This document shows, one piece after another, positions 62,050 through 64,000 of a stretch of 64,000 nt of DNA. The stretch's first letter is position 1. Every line of letters starts with the position of its first letter. This DNA is from Minisyncoccota bacterium (GTDB lineage Bacteria; Patescibacteriota; Minisyncoccia; Phycocordibacterales; CAJBRS01), in contig JADGRH010000003.1 in NCBI GenBank assembly GCA_017881075.1, positions 128,682 to 192,681 on the forward strand. The letters run 5' to 3'. The position numbers and the translations under genes are program-made. The notes beneath the pieces are model-generated. The model saw only the letters and a list, made by a program, of their open reading frames with translations. It was not told the origin of the DNA and made no database searches.

Positions 62050-62949
62050 TTAATCAAAAATCTTGATTAGATACTTATCAAGCTCACGTTGGTCAAGGTC
62101 ATAAAAATATTTATTTTCATCTTGAAGGTCGCTAGCCAAAGTCCGGCCGACAAAACGCCAATGCCACGGTTCGTATTTATAGTATGCATTTCCGGCAGGA
62201 TAGGAGAGTATGAATCCAAAACGGTAAGCATTATCGAGCAACCATTGATATGCGGTGGTTGTTTTAAAACCATCGGTAGCACCAGGGTAGGCCGGCGTTC
62301 CAAAATCAAGGGCCGTTCCCATCTGATGTTCTGAATAACCTTGATCAGCCGAAAATTGATTGGAGGTTCCGGCCCCGTAAGTAACAACATAGGTTGATTT
62401 CAAAGATTTCTGATCCTGGAAAGATCTATAGGCAGAAACTACTCGAAGTGGAATGTCATCGTCGCTTGCTGCTTGAAGCATGTCATCAAGAAAAGGTTGT
62501 ACTTGGGTTAGAATCTTAAGCGGATGTAGTGGGTTGGCAAGATATTGAGTATCTATATCTGAAAGGGAAGGGGGAACGTAATTTTCATTCAAAAAATAGA
62601 TTTTAGAATATTTTTTTAAGAGTTCAGGATCAATAGTGGTAAGTTTCGTTAGAGTATCAATTTTTTTCTCATCTTTCGTTTGTGCTCTTTCCAGATCCAG
62701 CTTTGCTTTTTGGGTATCGCTAAGTACGCCGTTGAGACTAGTGTTTTCTCCTAATACTTCCGCATATTTGGCATTTAAATCACTCATGGCCACCGTGCTT
62801 GAGGCTAGAGAACCTTTTGCATCTTTCAATTGAGAAGAGAGGAAGAAAATCTCAAAAATACTAAAAATTACCCCGCCCACCACGAGGGTAATAACCGTGG
62901 TCAGCAAAAGGCTCTTGGGTGACGGTTTAGCCAGTAATTTGTTTTTCAC
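62050..62949 (-). CDS. D-alanyl-D-alanine carboxypeptidase, VanY/M15B family, membrane-anchored
   Basis: SAYRSFQDQ, EHQMGTALD and WHWRF Zn-ligand motifs. Confidence 0.75.
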   Translation of the reverse strand: MKNKLLAKPSPKSLLLTTVITLVVGGVIFSIFEIFFLSSQLKDAKGSLASSTVAMSDLNAKYAEVLGENTSLNGVLSDTQKAKLDLERAQTKDEKKIDTLTKLTTIDPELLKKYSKIYFLNENYVPPSLSDIDTQYLANPLHPLKILTQVQPFLDDMLQAASDDDIPLRVVSAYRSFQDQKSLKSTYVVTYGAGTSNQFSADQGYSEHQMGTALDFGTPAYPGATDGFKTTTAYQWLLDNAYRFGFILSYPAGNAYYKYEPWHWRFVGRTLASDLQDENKYFYDLDQRELDKYLIKIFD

Positions 62950-63065
62950 GATTTTGCCATTATAACAGAAGTAACTCCTTCAAATACAGAGTTCGAGTCC
63001 CAGACCCCCAACCAACACATTACACACCGAGTGATCGAGACTCTCAAGTCTGATAAAATAATCCC

Positions 63066-63314
63066 ATGCTCCACCACGTCTACATCCTCCAATGCGCCGA
63101 CAAGACATTATATGTCGGCGCAACTAATGATCTCGAAAAGCGACTGCATCAACACAATAATTTGAAAGGAGGGGCTCATTACACCAAGATCCGCAGGCCG
63201 GTAAAGCTTTTGTATTCCGAAAAATTTAGGACTTTAAAAAGAGCTCGCGCCAGAGAGGTCTCTATCAAACATCTAAAAAGGGAAGAGAAATTAGAGTTAG
63301 TTAGAGGCAAGTAA
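63066..63314 (+). CDS. GIY-YIG nuclease family protein (UPF0213-like)
   Basis: VYILQCADKTLYVGATNDLEKRLHQH GIY-YIG core; 82 aa. Confidence 0.8.
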   Translation: MLHHVYILQCADKTLYVGATNDLEKRLHQHNNLKGGAHYTKIRRPVKLLYSEKFRTLKRARAREVSIKHLKREEKLELVRGK

Positions 63315-63373
63315 GATAAAATATTTATGAAGACCACATTTGCATTTTAGGAAAGGGTATTTAGAATGGAAAG

Positions 63374-63697
63374 ATGAAAAAGTTTTATTTCCCAATTCCA
63401 ATAGAAGAGATTGCTACCAAGACCTATGTTGATCGGGAAGTAAATGCTAGTATACAACATGCAATGGGCATAATACAAGAATATTTTGATGATCAGTTTC
63501 GAGCCGTAAAAGATAACTTTGCTTTTCAAAATGAGAGAATGGAGCGATTTGAATTGGAAACCGGCCGAAGATTTAAATTTGTTCAGAATAGACTAGACGA
63601 CATAGCGATTGAAGCAGGTAATTTTCAGACAGAGACCAGAACTAATTTTCAACTGGTTCTTAGTGAGGTCAGAGAATTAAAAGAAAAAATCTTCTGA
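63374..63697 (+). CDS. hypothetical protein
   Basis: 107-aa ORF with a plausible RBS; no family assignment. Confidence 0.4.
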   Translation: MKKFYFPIPIEEIATKTYVDREVNASIQHAMGIIQEYFDDQFRAVKDNFAFQNERMERFELETGRRFKFVQNRLDDIAIEAGNFQTETRTNFQLVLSEVRELKEKIF

Positions 63698-63732
63698 ATT
63701 TGTATAAAAAATGAAGATCCTTGGATCAGTTT

Positions 63733-64000
63733 ATGAATATTAAAGACAAAATAATTATTGTAACCGGGGCTTCCATGGGAATTGGAGAAGCGACGGCTAG
63801 AGAGCTAAGTAAAAGAGGGGCAAAAGTGGTTCTGGCCGCTCGATCGCTCGACAGACTTAGCAATCTGGAAAAGGAATTGCCGGGAAGTTTTGCCATTTTG
63901 ACCGATATGACAGATGGAGAATCCATTAAGAAAATGGTTAGAGAAACCATTCAAAAATTTGGCAGAATTGATTGTTTGGTAAATAACGCCGGAAGAGGAA
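63733..64000 (+). CDS. short-chain dehydrogenase/reductase, 3' end beyond window
   Basis: TGASMGIG Rossmann motif, then NNAG; open to the window end. Confidence 0.8.
   Translation, partial: MNIKDKIIIVTGASMGIGEATARELSKRGAKVVLAARSLDRLSNLEKELPGSFAILTDMTDGESIKKMVRETIQKFGRIDCLVNNAGRG

Noticed and set aside
62985-63015. tRNA-like 3' fragment ACAGAGTTCGAGTCCCAGACCCCCAACCA, with a T-loop and an acceptor-like end, upstream of the GIY-YIG gene. It might be an integration scar.
   Set aside because: No complementary T-stem or upstream tRNA body could be paired, and GTTCGAGTCC is a generic T-loop 10-mer, so similarity to a tRNA end is not demonstrable.

Overview
The window has a low baseline GC (about 40%), many short forms of housekeeping proteins, and no rRNA. 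It resembles a streamlined Patescibacteria/CPR-like chromosome, but that guess rests only on gene content and gene sizes. The coding content is mostly core: gyrA (5' partial), the infB-rbfA pair, an IscS-like cysteine desulfurase, clpB, rpmG, miaA, parB, the topA-dprA pair, serS, ftsQ, a PBP5-like carboxypeptidase, dus, dnaX, tgt, and FKBP and DsbA-like proteins. It also carries a complete F1Fo ATP synthase operon (atpZ-B-E-F-H-A-G-D-C, minus strand), contiguous uvrB-uvrA-uvrC, ddl, mltG, an ECF sigma/anti-sigma pair, zwf, and nine tRNA genes. The nine tRNAs are Cys-GCA, Leu-TAA, Lys-CTT, Leu-TAG, Tyr-GTA, Trp-CCA, Leu-CAA, Gln-TTG and Ala-TGC. The most unusual signal is two families of short palindromic repeat elements that sit in frame, without stop codons, inside essential genes. 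Family 1 is a conserved core CTTGGGCAAGCGCCCCGGAGCGG flanked by inverted arms; it occurs in three copies, two intergenic and one inside the cysteine desulfurase ORF. Family 2 is a double palindrome, TGCAGAGGTCAGACCTCTGCA, a 6-8 nt spacer, then GCAGAGGTCTGACCTCTGCA; it occurs inside topA and inside uvrC. This behaviour resembles Rickettsia palindromic elements. A weaker, possibly related 27-nt direct repeat lies inside uvrB. Other notable content is a tandem array of six small TrbC/VirB2-like pilin paralogs showing a gene-conversion tract, and a free-standing LAGLIDADG homing endonuclease butted against tRNA-Leu(CAA) with no canonical start codon. Several GC-rich structured non-coding islands are bounded by promoters and terminators and are candidate ncRNAs of unidentified family. 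A compositionally atypical block downstream of tRNA-Gln encodes unknown proteins, one with a HEPN-like C-terminal motif, and there are secreted CHAP-domain and surface-protein clusters.
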